A stretch of DNA of 63,401 nt, filler included, from Pseudobdellovibrionaceae bacterium (GCA_030591685.1; 11 parts of 11 records of this genome joined end to end with filler, not necessarily neighbours in it); one strand, 5' to 3'. Counted from the first letter of the whole stretch, positions 40,167-51,229 are shown. Program-made: numbers and translations. Notes: generated from the sequence alone by a model not told the origin.

Positions 40167-42860
40167 TTATTGTCTTCTTTTTTTGTTCATTTTCTCTTGT
40201 CTTCGCCGGTCCGCTCGATTGAGTTTTGCTCCATCAGGGCCCTCAGACTCATTCGAACTCGAGTACGATAACTGCTGCTGGTTGCCCTGTTGAGGCATAG
40301 CCCCCATAGGCATTCCAGCAAAGGGCTTTTGGTTTTCGTCAGGGCTCTCATACTGCAACCGAGAGTCATTCAATTGTCGCTTGGGCGCCAGCTCTAGCTC
40401 TGCGTTTTCTGGAGCTACAATTTGAATTTTAAGGAGCTTCTCTATGGTGTCTTCTTTAATTTGAAGGTTGGTTTCTTCAAAGCGGGCAAAGGCCTCTTTT
40501 TTGTACTCAATTAATGGGTCTTTTTGAGCATAAGCTCTTAAGTTAATGCCCTCTTTTAATTGATCTATACCCTGCAGGTGGTCTTTCCACTGACCGTCAA
40601 TGACTTGTAAAAAAATCATTTGAGACACTTCTAAAAAATGCTCTCCTAGGTGTTCTTTTTGAATATCAAACACAGACTTCACCGCATCAGAAACTAGCTG
40701 TGTAATGCCATCACTTGTTAGTGAGTGGCGGTCATCGAATTTAATATTAATGCCAAATTGCTTTCCAAGGGCCGTGTTCATACCGTCTAAGTCCCAGTCC
40801 TGAGGCTTTGCGTTTTCATTTACAAAAATGTCTAAAATATGCGAGGTCACGTCCCCTAAAATGTCTAAAATAGTGCGGTCCACCCCGTCACCCTCAAGAA
40901 CTTTTCGTCTCATGCCGTAAATTTGGTGCCGCTGCTGGTTCATAACATCATCATACTCAAGTAAATGTTTTCGAATATCAAAGTTATGCCCTTCGACCTT
41001 TCTTTGGGCTCCCTCAATAGCACGGCTCACCATGCCTGCCATAATGGGCTCATCATCAGGCACCTTTAGGGTGGTCATTATTTTTTGAATGCGCTCCCCG
41101 TTAAAAATCCTCATGAGGTTGTCCTCTAAAGAAAGGTAAAAACGAGACTCTCCAGGATCCCCTTGTCGACCCGAACGTCCGCGAAGCTGGTTATCAATTC
41201 GCCGAGAATCATGTCGCTCAGTCCCCATGATGTACAGGCCACCAGCCTCTATGACTTTTAACTTTTCAGCTGCACAAATTTTTGTATATTTATCTAGGCT
41301 CTGTTTATATTTTTCATCCTCTTGTTCACCATGAACCTCGCTTTTAGCTAAGGCCTCCGCATTACCGCCAAGAACTATATCCGTCCCTCTACCCGCCATG
41401 TTTGTGGCTATGGTCACCGAACCAAAGCGCCCCGCCTGAGACACAATGTCGGCTTCTCTCTCATGATGTTTTGCGTTGAGCACGTTGTGTTTAACGCCCT
41501 TTTTTGCCAAAGATTGTCCAATAAACTCTGATTTTTCAATGCTCACAGTACCCACTAAAATAGGCTGCCCCGTTTTAGCTCGTTCTTTAATTTCTTCAAC
41601 CATAGCGTTGACTTTAGCGGCCTCAGTTTTATAAACAATATCCTCTTCATCGTTCCTTTTAATAGGGCGATTTGTAGGGATCACCATAACGTTTAGTTTG
41701 TAGATTTTTTTAAATTCAATGGCTTCTGTTTCTGCCGTCCCGGTCATCCCAGCAATTTTATTGTACATTCTGAAAAAGTTTTGAAATGTAATAGAGGCCA
41801 AAGTTTGGTTCTCGCTTTTAATCTCAACGCCCTCTTTAGCCTCAATGGCTTGGTGCAGCCCATCACTCCACCGGCGCCCCGGCATTAATCGACCCGTAAA
41901 CTCATCAACAATGACGATTTCGTTATCTTTAATCATATAGTCGACATCGAGTTTAAATAAATAATGGGCCTTGAGAGCTTGGTAAATAAAATGAACCGTA
42001 TCTATGTGCTGGGGCTCATATACATTTGTTATACCTAAAAGCTCCTCAACTTTAGTGTTACCTTCTTCGGTGAGAGAGGCTGTTTTTGTTTTTTCTTCCA
42101 TTGTAAAGTGCACATCTGGCACAAGATCAGGGATTATTTTATTAATTTCATAGTATTTTTCGGTAGATTCCTCAGAGGGGCCGGAAATAATTAAAGGTGT
42201 TCTGGCCTCGTCGACTAAAATCGAGTCGCACTCATCTATGATGCAATAATTGAGCTCTCTTTGTACGTAGTCCTCAAGATCATACTTCATGTTGTCGCGC
42301 AAATAATCAAAACCAAGTTCGTTATTTGTCGCATATGTAATGTCAGCTCGATAAGCGACTTTACGTTGTTCATCGCTGAGATCATGGTAAATCGTACCGG
42401 TTGTTAACCCTAGCCAGTTATAAAGCTGTCCCATCCACTCGCAATCACGCTTAGCAAGGTAATCGTTAACCGTTACAACATGCACGCCTCGACCACTCAG
42501 GGCGTTTAAATAAACAGCCAAGGTGGCAACAAGGGTTTTGCCCTCTCCGGTGCGCATTTCGGCCACTGTTCCACGGTGCAAAATTATGCCGCCAATAAGC
42601 TGCACATCATAATGCCTCATGCCCAATGTACGCATCGAAGCCTCTCTACATACAGCAAAGGCATCGGGTAAAATGTCGTCTAAGCTCTCCCCTTTTTCTA
42701 AACGAGCCCTAAGCTCCGGGGTTTTTGCTTTTAACTGCTCATCAGTGAGTTTTTGAATATCAGGCTCTAAACTATTAATATGATCAACAATAGGTTGTAG
42801 AGTTTTTAATTCACGCTCGTGACTGGTTCCAAAGAATTTTTTAACAATAGGTCCAAACAT
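40167..42860 (-). CDS. secA: preprotein translocase subunit SecA
   Basis: MRTGEGKT, TNMAGRGTDI, QLRGRSGRQGDPG. Confidence 0.98.
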   Translation of the reverse strand: MFGPIVKKFFGTSHERELKTLQPIVDHINSLEPDIQKLTDEQLKAKTPELRARLEKGESLDDILPDAFAVCREASMRTLGMRHYDVQLIGGIILHRGTVAEMRTGEGKTLVATLAVYLNALSGRGVHVVTVNDYLAKRDCEWMGQLYNWLGLTTGTIYHDLSDEQRKVAYRADITYATNNELGFDYLRDNMKYDLEDYVQRELNYCIIDECDSILVDEARTPLIISGPSEESTEKYYEINKIIPDLVPDVHFTMEEKTKTASLTEEGNTKVEELLGITNVYEPQHIDTVHFIYQALKAHYLFKLDVDYMIKDNEIVIVDEFTGRLMPGRRWSDGLHQAIEAKEGVEIKSENQTLASITFQNFFRMYNKIAGMTGTAETEAIEFKKIYKLNVMVIPTNRPIKRNDEEDIVYKTEAAKVNAMVEEIKERAKTGQPILVGTVSIEKSEFIGQSLAKKGVKHNVLNAKHHEREADIVSQAGRFGSVTIATNMAGRGTDIVLGGNAEALAKSEVHGEQEDEKYKQSLDKYTKICAAEKLKVIEAGGLYIMGTERHDSRRIDNQLRGRSGRQGDPGESRFYLSLEDNLMRIFNGERIQKIMTTLKVPDDEPIMAGMVSRAIEGAQRKVEGHNFDIRKHLLEYDDVMNQQRHQIYGMRRKVLEGDGVDRTILDILGDVTSHILDIFVNENAKPQDWDLDGMNTALGKQFGINIKFDDRHSLTSDGITQLVSDAVKSVFDIQKEHLGEHFLEVSQMIFLQVIDGQWKDHLQGIDQLKEGINLRAYAQKDPLIEYKKEAFARFEETNLQIKEDTIEKLLKIQIVAPENAELELAPKRQLNDSRLQYESPDENQKPFAGMPMGAMPQQGNQQQLSYSSSNESEGPDGAKLNRADRRRQEKMNKKRRQ

Positions 42861-42916
42861 AAAAAAGAGGATATAATGATCAGGGCTAAGTGTCTAGATA
42901 CACCGAAGAAAACTCT

Positions 42917-43414
42917 TCACTCTTTGAGGGTTAATTGACGCATCCCCTCCCCAAGTGCCATTGCCACAGTGTTTGATAAATTATAGCTCCTCACCGGGCC
43001 CGGAAAAGGAATCGTCACGACTTGCTCTGAATATTTTTTAAGCACTTCTTCTCTGATCCCCTTAGTTTCTTTGCCAAAAACCAGCCAATCTCCGGGCTGG
43101 TATTGTGGCTTATAATAGGGCGCTTGCCCCTTTGTCGAAAAAAAGAAGACTCTTTTTATATCGGGTACTTGGGCTAACCACTGCTCAAAATTTTCATGGT
43201 ACAGCAGCTCCAAATGGCCCCAGTAGTCTAAGCCGGCCCTTTTAAGCCTCTTATCTGTAATCTCAAACCCTAAAGGCTTAACTAGGTGGAGTCGTGAATA
43301 CGTCCCCACACAGGTGCGGCCTATATTGCCGGTGTTCGCGGGGATCTCAGGCTCAACTAAGACAACATTAAAATTTAATTTAGGATACTTACTCTTAATA
43401 CTCATTTCGCTCAC
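42917..43414 (-). CDS. trmL: tRNA (cytidine(34)-2'-O)-methyltransferase
   Basis: PEIPANTGNIGR, RAGLDYW, FGKETKG, RSYNLSN. Confidence 0.93.
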   Translation of the reverse strand: MSEMSIKSKYPKLNFNVVLVEPEIPANTGNIGRTCVGTYSRLHLVKPLGFEITDKRLKRAGLDYWGHLELLYHENFEQWLAQVPDIKRVFFFSTKGQAPYYKPQYQPGDWLVFGKETKGIREEVLKKYSEQVVTIPFPGPVRSYNLSNTVAMALGEGMRQLTLKE

Positions 43415-43575
43415 AAAGATAGGTTTAAAAGCCCCTCATAGCAAACCTAAGAGGCCTCATTAACGTATTTTCAAAAGGCCCCGAGCCCTCGCCGGATAAA
43501 AAAGTAGCTGCAAGACACCAAAAAAAGATTATATATGAGAAACATTGACTGTTTTTAAGCATTTGCTATGACTGA

Positions 43576-43923
<348 letters not shown>

Positions 43924-43961
43924 AAAAATAACCCCGTAACGGGATTTACAAAGGAGAAGTA

Positions 43962-45310
43962 ATGACACCACAAGAGGTCATAGCAATGGCGAAAGAGTCG
44001 GGCGCCAAAATGGTGGACATAAAGTTCACAGACTTACCCGGTCAGTGGCAACATTTCTCAATCCCCCCTTATGAGCTAACCGCTGATGTTTTTGAAAACG
44101 GCCTTGGCTTTGATGGCAGCTCTGTTCGAGGCTGGAGAAGTATTGAAGACTCTGACATGATTGTTATCCCTGATCCCACGACGGCCAAAATGGACCCTTT
44201 CATGGACGTCCCCACACTGAGCTTAACCTGTGATGTTGTTAAGCCCGACACTGGGGAAGCCTATGAAAGAGACCCACGACAGGTTGCCAGAAAGGCTCTT
44301 AACTATTTAAAATCCACAGGCATAGCCGACACCGCAAACTTTGGACCCGAAGCTGAGTTTTTTATTTTTGACGACGTTCGCTTTGATCAAAACATGTATG
44401 GTGGTTTTTACCAGGTGGACTCTGAAGAGGCCCCTTGGAACATGGGCCGTGACGAAGGGGGCGCTAACCTCGGGTATAAATTTAAACCCAAAGGCGGATA
44501 CTTCCCCGCCCTACCGTCTGATAAAACACATAACTTAAGAACTGAAATGTGCCTAGAGCTTGAAGCCGCCGGTATGCATGTCGAAAGGCAGCACCACGAA
44601 GTCGGCGCTGCTGGTCAGGGCGAAATTGATATTCGTTACGACTCGCTTTTAAATATGGCTGATAAAATGATGTGGTTTAAGTATATTGTTAAAAATGTCG
44701 CCAATCGAAACAATAAATCGGCCACTTTTATGCCCAAACCTGTCTATGGTGATAACGGCTCTGGCATGCATGTGCACATGTCTTTATGGAAAGACGGCGT
44801 ACCCCTTTTTGCCGGCGACAACTACGCAGGACTTAGCGAAACCGCTTTATTTTTTATTGGTGGCATTTTAAAACACGCTCCCAGCCTTTGCGCCTTTACA
44901 AACCCAACAACAAACTCATACAAAAGACTTGTGCCTGGCTTTGAGGCCCCAATTAAGTTAGCTTATTCTTATAAAAATCGCTCTGCGGCAATAAGAATAC
45001 CTAACTCAGGCCCCAACCCAAAGGCCAAAAGAATTGAGTTTAGAACTCCAGACCCAAGTGCCAACATGTACCTGGCGTTTTCAGCCCTTTTAATGGCCGG
45101 CATTGATGGGGTTCAAAATAAAATTCACCCCGGAGACCCGCTTGAAAAGGACATCTACGGGCTCAGCCCTGAAGAGGCCGCTCAAGTCCCCTCTATACCA
45201 AGTACTTTAAATGAGACCCTTATTAACCTTGCTCGCAGCAATGAGTACTTAAGAAAGGGAGACGTCTTTAGTAAAGACCTTATCGATACTTGGATTGATT
45301 GGAAGATGAA
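43962..45310 (+). CDS. glnA: glutamine synthetase type I (3' truncated)
   Basis: FDGSS, HHEV, FMPKP...[23 protein letters not shown]. Confidence 0.97.
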
Positions 45311-45545
45311 NNNNNNNNNNNNNNNNNNNNNNNNNNNNNNNNNNNNNNNNNNNNTTAATTAATTAANNNNNNNNNNNNNNNNNNNNNNNNNNNNNNNNNN
45401 NNNNNNNNNNAAATAGTTCCTGAAATCCCTGCTGCTGCGAGTGAGCTTAATAGTGCTATCAATCCGTCTAATGAAATGAAAGTATCGCCTCCTTGTATAT
45501 TGTTTGTTTATTAAATCCTCACAAGATTTTAGTGGCTAGTCAAAT

Positions 45546-45576
45546 CATAAGGTGACCAACATAAGGTGACGGAGTC
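45546..45576 (+). repeat. left flank motif of the RAYT gene
   Basis: CATAAGGTGAC twice; GTGACGGAGTC is inverted relative to 46626-46636 (10/11). Confidence 0.5.
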
Positions 45577-45655
45577 CGCCCCCCGGACACCCATCCCACC
45601 CTCGTACACCTCCACACCCCTCGCACATGCCCCCCATCTTGCATAGCTAAACCCC

Positions 45656-46375
45656 ATGCGTATCCCACGATCCACCCAACTCCACCCCGAACAGGGCTTT
45701 ATCCATAAGTTTTGGCGCTGCCAAAACCGCGAATTCCTATTAAAGGCCTCTGCCACTAAAGACCTCTACATGAAGTGCACTGAATACGCTCTGAAACACA
45801 TGAGTGTTTCCTCTAAAGTAAAACTCTACACCTACTGCTTAATGGATAACCATGCCCATATGCAGATGAGCTACGAGGATGACTCTAGTTACCTCTCAAG
45901 CTTTATGAGAGTCTCTCATGCACGGTTCGGGCATACTTTTAATAAAATCTTTAGTCGAAGTGGTAAGGTCGCTAATGAGCGCCCTAAAACCCCTCTCATT
46001 GAAAATTCTGAGCACTGCATGAGGGTTCACTTTTACATCGAAGCCAACCCCGTAAGAGCTAATATGGTAACTTTAGAGAAGCTAAAGTTTTACAAGCATT
46101 CCAGTTACAGATTTTTTGCTCATGGTATAAAAGACAACTGGTCAAAGTTACTAACTTTGCCGGAGTGGTATGTATCTTTAGGTAAAACCCCTCGATCAAG
46201 ACAGTCTAAGTACAGAAAATTGTTTTTAAAGTATTTAACAAGTGAGCTATTTGGCTCAAAGTGGATGTATGCAAAATACATCGGTAGCCCCATGTGGCAG
46301 GATCAAATGATTGGTTGGGCTAAAAATTTATTAGACCAAGCGTTGTTATCAATCACTAGCCCTAATACGACCTAG
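45656..46375 (+). mobile_element. REP-associated tyrosine (Y1/HUH) transposase, RAYT-like
   Basis: YCLMDNHAHM HUH motif; YIEANPVRA; YKHSSY. Confidence 0.85.
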
Positions 46376-46625
46376 TAAATAATATTTAACACATTAATGT
46401 TCTTTAAAAAGGTGTTCTTGAGTTACATCAATGGACGGGTTTGTTTCAAATCAGCATTAATGTTCATTTTTTGGCTCTTAAAATAATCTGTTAAAGGTAA
46501 AATGACTTGTGAGCTCTGTGTTTGAGAGTACAGACCTCTCTTTAGAGGAGATTTACGAATAAGTTTAAATATTTGAGTTAAACCTTAAGTTTGAGCCGGT
46601 AAGGGGTTGAGTTGACTTAAGATAT

Positions 46626-46651
46626 GATTCCGTCACTGTTTGTCACTGTTT
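46626..46651 (-). repeat. right flank motif of the RAYT gene
   Basis: GATTCCGTCAC plus tandem GTCACTGTTT x2. Confidence 0.5.
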
Positions 46652-46723
46652 GGTTGTAATTATTTTTTCTAAATTGTTTCTTGGGTTTTTTGATCTTCCA
46701 TCTCCTTAGTGATTTCAAGAAGA

Positions 46724-46799
46724 TGGTAGGGCCTACCGGGTTCGAACCGATGACATCTACCTTGTAAGGGTAGCGCTCTACCAACTGAGCTAAGGCCCT
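46724..46799 (-). tRNA. tRNA-Val(TAC)
   Basis: 76-nt cloverleaf: AGGGCCT acceptor stem, CTACC-CTTACAA-GGTAG anticodon arm, TTCGAA, encoded CCA. Confidence 0.96.
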
Positions 46800-46852
46800 A
46801 TAAACGCGTTAATTAATAGGTGCTTGAACTTAATTAATATCCCCCTGTAAGT

Positions 46853-47410
46853 CTAGTTTTTTTTAGCCTTAGGGGCTATTTTTTTAAACACAAACTTACT
46901 TGAGTTTCCAGTTTTGTCATTAACATACTCAATGACCGTTTGGCGCTCAAAACTATCAACAGCACACAAAGAATGAATATAAACCCAGCTCCAAACCCTC
47001 TCAAGACCCTTTTTGTAGGTACTCACCATGACAGCGACAACCGTAGAGCCGTCTTCAGATATAAAGCCAGTCCCACTGCCTGTCTGAATGTATCCATCCG
47101 CTTTAGCTAGGGAAGGTTCAAGTTGGCGCAGTACTATCTGAACACCCTCATCCGTCTCAACTGTGGAGATATGAACGTAAAGCAAGGTTCTGTCCTGTGG
47201 GTCGACGGCTCGCCAGTAACCAGTTAAATCAACAACTGAGGCCCCACAAGGCTCTGTATTGGCCCACGGAAAAGGCGGCAAAGTGTCTCCACCTGCTTTT
47301 CGGACAAGATAATTGTTATTTAGAGAATGATTTGCTTCAAGCACAGACCCCAAGGCCAATGCCGAAGCCATAAAAACAAACCCTGTAAATAATAATTTAA
47401 CGATTTTCAT
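46853..47410 (-). CDS. hypothetical secreted protein
   Basis: Signal peptide ASALA; GGDTLPPFPW; beta-rich. Confidence 0.7.
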   Translation of the reverse strand: MKIVKLLFTGFVFMASALALGSVLEANHSLNNNYLVRKAGGDTLPPFPWANTEPCGASVVDLTGYWRAVDPQDRTLLYVHISTVETDEGVQIVLRQLEPSLAKADGYIQTGSGTGFISEDGSTVVAVMVSTYKKGLERVWSWVYIHSLCAVDSFERQTVIEYVNDKTGNSSKFVFKKIAPKAKKN

Positions 47411-47426
47411 TTTGCCCCCAAATCCC

Positions 47427-47863
47427 TCAGTCCACCATGACTCGTGTTGCTTTATTTAAGAAATAACCGTTTTTAGATCTAAATATATATTTTGGCTTAT
47501 CATAATCGGGTTCAACCAATTTTCTTAACCGTTTGATCGTTACGTATACCTTGTTGTCATGAACAGATGGGTCGTAACTTTGCTTCCACACCCTCTCTAC
47601 TAAAAGTTCTTTAGAGTAGACATGCCCTGGGTTTTGCATAAATAGTCTTAATAAATCTAATAAAATAAATTGGTTTTTAAAATCAACTCGGCCCTTTTTA
47701 CGCTCTGTCAAAAGATGTGACGATGAATCTAAAATTAGATCATAATCGGATGTGTCCGCATCCCCAATTTCATCTAACCTTTTATTGATTCTATTAACGA
47801 GGGCCGCGTGGTTATTTGGATCGATAGATCTTTTAGCCAGGCTCAGGTACATCCTGCCCATGT
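47427..47863 (-). CDS. OmpR/PhoB-type winged-helix regulator C-terminus (5' truncated)
   Basis: NPGHVYSKELLVERVW...VYVTIKRLRKLVE...GY. Confidence 0.85.
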
Positions 47864-48073
47864 NNNNNNNNNNNNNNNNNNNNNNNNNNNNNNNNNNNNN
47901 NNNNNNNTTAATTAATTAANNNNNNNNNNNNNNNNNNNNNNNNNNNNNNNNNNNNNNNNNNNNGGCTTTAAAATTGAAAAGGTATTTTGAGACAAAAGTA
48001 CCTTGCGCAGAAATAGAGCGAATGATCGGTCACTTTTTTAGTATTACAACGCATTTAAATGGCCTGAGAGGCG

Positions 48074-48286
48074 CTAAAATTTAAATTTCTTTTTAAGGTC
48101 GTTAAGTATTTTTTGGCCCTCTTTTTCAAGTTTTTTCTTTACCTTTTTCTTTTCTTTGTTCTCAGCGGCCTTGGCTTGAGTTTTCGCTGAGTTGCCTTTT
48201 GATTGTATCGACTTTTTAGACTTTTCAAGGTCCGATTTAACAGCGCCTATTTGCTTGTCTGCATCGGTTTTAATTTTTTTATACTG
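48074..48286 (-). repeat. 213-bp duplicate of the 3' end of the TIGR03545-family gene (partner 49281-49493)
   Basis: 208/213 identical; all five differences are synonymous. Confidence 0.95.
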
Positions 48287-48435
48287 AATTTGGTGACGGA
48301 GCAACAAACAGTAGGCCCCTCGCAAATCATAAAAGTAATTTAACACCCTGTTTTTATTGAAAAATATCACGCTTATACGGGGGAAGTGCCAATTAAAAAT
48401 AATGGCTCCGTCCCCTAGTTTCTGTCTAATCTAGG

Positions 48436-48449
48436 AGTTAAGTGCCAGT
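48436..48449 (+). repeat. 14-bp direct repeat AGTTAAGTGCCAGT (partner 49257-49270; 11-bp core also at 56081-56091)
   Basis: Exact copies on both sides of the TA pair. Confidence 0.75.
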
Positions 48450-48474
48450 CCAGCGAGGGAGCAAAGTATAAAGC

Positions 48475-48503
48475 TTGACAATTCGTACCGAATTCGATAC
48501 ACT
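48475..48503 (+). promoter_or_regulatory. sigma-70 promoter with near-palindromic operator
   Basis: TTGACA-N17-TACACT; GTACCGAATTCGATAC. Confidence 0.8.
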
Positions 48504-48513
48504 TTGTTCAGTT

Positions 48514-48852
48514 ATGCATCAAGTAATATGGCACCCTAAAGCAAAGGCAGAAATTAGATCTTTCCCTAAAGAGGTTAAGGATAAACTGGGCTATTTAATC
48601 TTCAGAGTTCAGTTAGGTGAAGTTTTAACTATGCCATTATCTCGTGGCATGGGCCAGGTGGCAAATGGCGTAAGAGAGCTTAGAGTAAAAGGAAAAGACG
48701 GTATTTACAGAAGCTTTTACATGAGAATGGATGGAGATAAAATTATTGTTTTTCATGCATTTAAGAAAAAAACACAAAAAACGTCTTCAAAAGATATTAA
48801 TCAAGGTACTAAAAATTTAAAAGAGGTGATGGAATGGCAAAACCAAAAATAA
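48514..48852 (+). CDS. RelE/ParE-superfamily toxin (Gp49-like)
   Basis: MPLSR.M...GVRELRV...YRSFY...VFHAFKKKTQKT. Confidence 0.88.
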   Translation: MHQVIWHPKAKAEIRSFPKEVKDKLGYLIFRVQLGEVLTMPLSRGMGQVANGVRELRVKGKDGIYRSFYMRMDGDKIIVFHAFKKKTQKTSSKDINQGTKNLKEVMEWQNQK

Positions 48853-49133
48853 CTGTTTCTAAAAATCCAAAAGAATTAGCCGAGGCAATGGGGTTAGCGC
48901 CCTCTAAGGTCTTAGAGTGGCAAGTGAGACACCAGCTTACAAAAAGGATTGGCAAAATAATAGAAAAAGAAAAATGGACAGTTTCAGCCGTTGCAAAAAA
49001 AGCTGGAACATCTAGAGCTAGGGTTACTGATATAGTTAAAGGTAACACCGAGGGGATCTCCATTGATGTGCTTTTAAGAGTTTTAGGCGCTTTAGGGGCT
49101 TCAGTAAAAATTAGCTTCGGCAAAGCTTCATAA
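48834..49133 (+). CDS. XRE-HTH antitoxin
   Basis: VAKKAGTSRARVTDIVKG...ISIDVLLRVL; overlaps the toxin gene. Confidence 0.85.
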   Translation: MAKPKITVSKNPKELAEAMGLAPSKVLEWQVRHQLTKRIGKIIEKEKWTVSAVAKKAGTSRARVTDIVKGNTEGISIDVLLRVLGALGASVKISFGKAS

Positions 49134-49280
49134 TCAAGACATGAGGTGTAACGGTCCAGACCTGGTCGTACAGTTGCCCTTTTAGCCAGTAGTTAGCTTT
49201 AGACCTCTTCGGGTACGATTTTGTAAAATTTAAGCCTGTTATGCCCCATCGGGTATAGTTAAGTGCCAGTTACCGGAGTA

Positions 49281-51212
49281 CTAAAATTTAAATTTCTTTT
49301 TAAGGTCGTTAAGTATTTTTTGCCCCTCTTTTTCGAGCTTTTTCTTTACCTTTTTCTTTTCTTTGTTCTCAGCGGCCTTGGCTTGAGTTTTCGCTGAGTT
49401 GCCTTTTGATTGTATCGACTTTTTAGACTTTTCAAGGTCCGATTTAACAGCACCTATTTGCTTGTCTGCATCGGTTTTGATTTTTTTATACTGGCTCTCA
49501 AGCTCTTTACGGTGCTTGCCAATAAGCACCTCTATTTGTGCTTTGATTTTGGCTCTGGCGGCATCTATACGGGCTTGTATTTGTTTTTTTATCCCATCCC
49601 TTAGTACATCCCCCAAATTAGAGCTGATGTTCCATTTAATATCAGCCCATTTGCCAGACGCATTGGCCTTTAAGTTAATTAATCGCACATCTTTAACAGC
49701 GGCTTTAAAAATTTGCTCAACATCTTTGTTGTTTGATTTAATTAAGTAATCAACTCGATTAAAATTATTATGAATGTTTACATTAAATAAACCCTCTCTA
49801 AAAAGTCCGTTAAACCGTGACGAGCCTACAGATTTATCTAAGTAAAATTTTAAACTATCGCTGTCGGTTAATATAACTCGGCCCACTTCAAAAGACTTTA
49901 CTTGCCCTGTGATCTTTTCAAAAGGCTTACTCGTGGTGTGGTCGATTATAATTTTAGAGGTAATGCCGAGTACTTTTTGTGCCGGAAAGTCCGCTTTAAA
50001 GTTAATCAACGTGGGTTTTTTTAAATAAACAGGGTTTGAGGTTAAATCTGTCATAACCCCCTCAACGTTACCACTAAAACCCTTCTCAGTAGCCTTAGAG
50101 CTAATTTTAGCCACCTTTAACCAAAACACCGGGTACGATACCGTAATGGGGTACTTAAAGGTTTTACCGGTAAATCTTTTTTTAGGGGCTATTAACAGTG
50201 CCTCAGTTTTTTTGTTGGGGTCTTTTTTAGGCGGCATGTAGGTTTGAGCTAAGTCTAAATACTTTTTATAAGGCGCTAACTTGTCGTTAAATAATTTGCC
50301 AAATATATCTTTTGAAAAGTCCTTAATATCAAGGCTTGGTATTTTAAGGCGCTTTTCAAGCCCCTTTATATCCTGCTGTACGTACCCATCTATAGATTTA
50401 ATGTCAGAGTTTATTTTTTTTAAGTCCTTATCTAAGTCCTGAGCGGTGGTTTTAACTAGCTTAATTTGAGCGTCAGCACTTTTAAGTATTTTATCAAGCT
50501 CTTTAAGGTCCCTGATAAACTCAAGGGGTTTTTTAGTGTTAAATTTTAGTTTTTTAAATCGCCCCTCAAGCTCTGCGAGGTTTTTTTTGTTCGGCAACCC
50601 GTCGATGCGCTTTTTCCAGTAGGTTTGTTTGGCTTTGAGGTTGTCCTCTATTTCTTTGATTTTCTTTTTAGAGCTAAGCTCGCCCTCAATATTTTTTAAC
50701 TGGCTTGACGGGTCGACCCCGCCGAGTATGTGGGCCACATCCCCCAGCACGTTGCTGTTGAACTTTTCTTTACTCTGGTCAAGTACGGCCTGTTCGGCCG
50801 TTCTTAAGGCCTTAGACCCCTCATCACTGGCCGGTACAATATACCCAGCCCGCTTACGGGGCGAAAATATAGATATATTTTCAATACTCGCGTGGTTCAC
50901 CACAAACTTAGCCCTTAATAAGGCATCCCATAGTAACTCAAACTTTACAGACCCCACTTGTATTAAGTTTTGCTTAGGGTTTGATTTATCTGTGACCTGA
51001 ACATTGTAAACATGCAAGTAACCACCAAAAACACTGCTTTTAATTTTACCTATATTGACCTCGGCCCCGTGTACACGTGTGCCCATCCACTGGGCGGCCC
51101 ACCTGATGTTGTGGTCAAAAAGAAAGTGAAAGTAACCGCCAATAAGGGCGAACAAAATAACCGTTGGTATTATGGCCTCAAATCTAAATAAGCCTTTTTT
51201 TGCTTTTGCCAT
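49281..51212 (-). CDS. TIGR03545 family protein
   Basis: N-terminal TM; GAEVNIG; long coiled coils; paired with a TIGR03546-like gene. Confidence 0.75.
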   Translation of the reverse strand: MAKAKKGLFRFEAIIPTVILFALIGGYFHFLFDHNIRWAAQWMGTRVHGAEVNIGKIKSSVFGGYLHVYNVQVTDKSNPKQNLIQVGSVKFELLWDALLRAKFVVNHASIENISIFSPRKRAGYIVPASDEGSKALRTAEQAVLDQSKEKFNSNVLGDVAHILGGVDPSSQLKNIEGELSSKKKIKEIEDNLKAKQTYWKKRIDGLPNKKNLAELEGRFKKLKFNTKKPLEFIRDLKELDKILKSADAQIKLVKTTAQDLDKDLKKINSDIKSIDGYVQQDIKGLEKRLKIPSLDIKDFSKDIFGKLFNDKLAPYKKYLDLAQTYMPPKKDPNKKTEALLIAPKKRFTGKTFKYPITVSYPVFWLKVAKISSKATEKGFSGNVEGVMTDLTSNPVYLKKPTLINFKADFPAQKVLGITSKIIIDHTTSKPFEKITGQVKSFEVGRVILTDSDSLKFYLDKSVGSSRFNGLFREGLFNVNIHNNFNRVDYLIKSNNKDVEQIFKAAVKDVRLINLKANASGKWADIKWNISSNLGDVLRDGIKKQIQARIDAARAKIKAQIEVLIGKHRKELESQYKKIKTDADKQIGAVKSDLEKSKKSIQSKGNSAKTQAKAAENKEKKKVKKKLEKEGQKILNDLKKKFKF

Positions 51213-51229
51213 GGATGTGTCCTTTTAAC

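Noticed and set aside
40167..40330. SecA lacking the C-terminal Cys zinc-binding motif
   Set aside because: A known variation among SecA proteins; not evidence of a novel system
47964..48090. Apparent long inverted repeat with 55218-55344
   Set aside because: 127-bp contig-end overlap in opposite orientation, not a genomic inverted repeat
48074..48370. 98-aa ORF as an independent gene
   Set aside because: It is the duplicated 3' end of the TIGR03545 gene with a fortuitous upstream start
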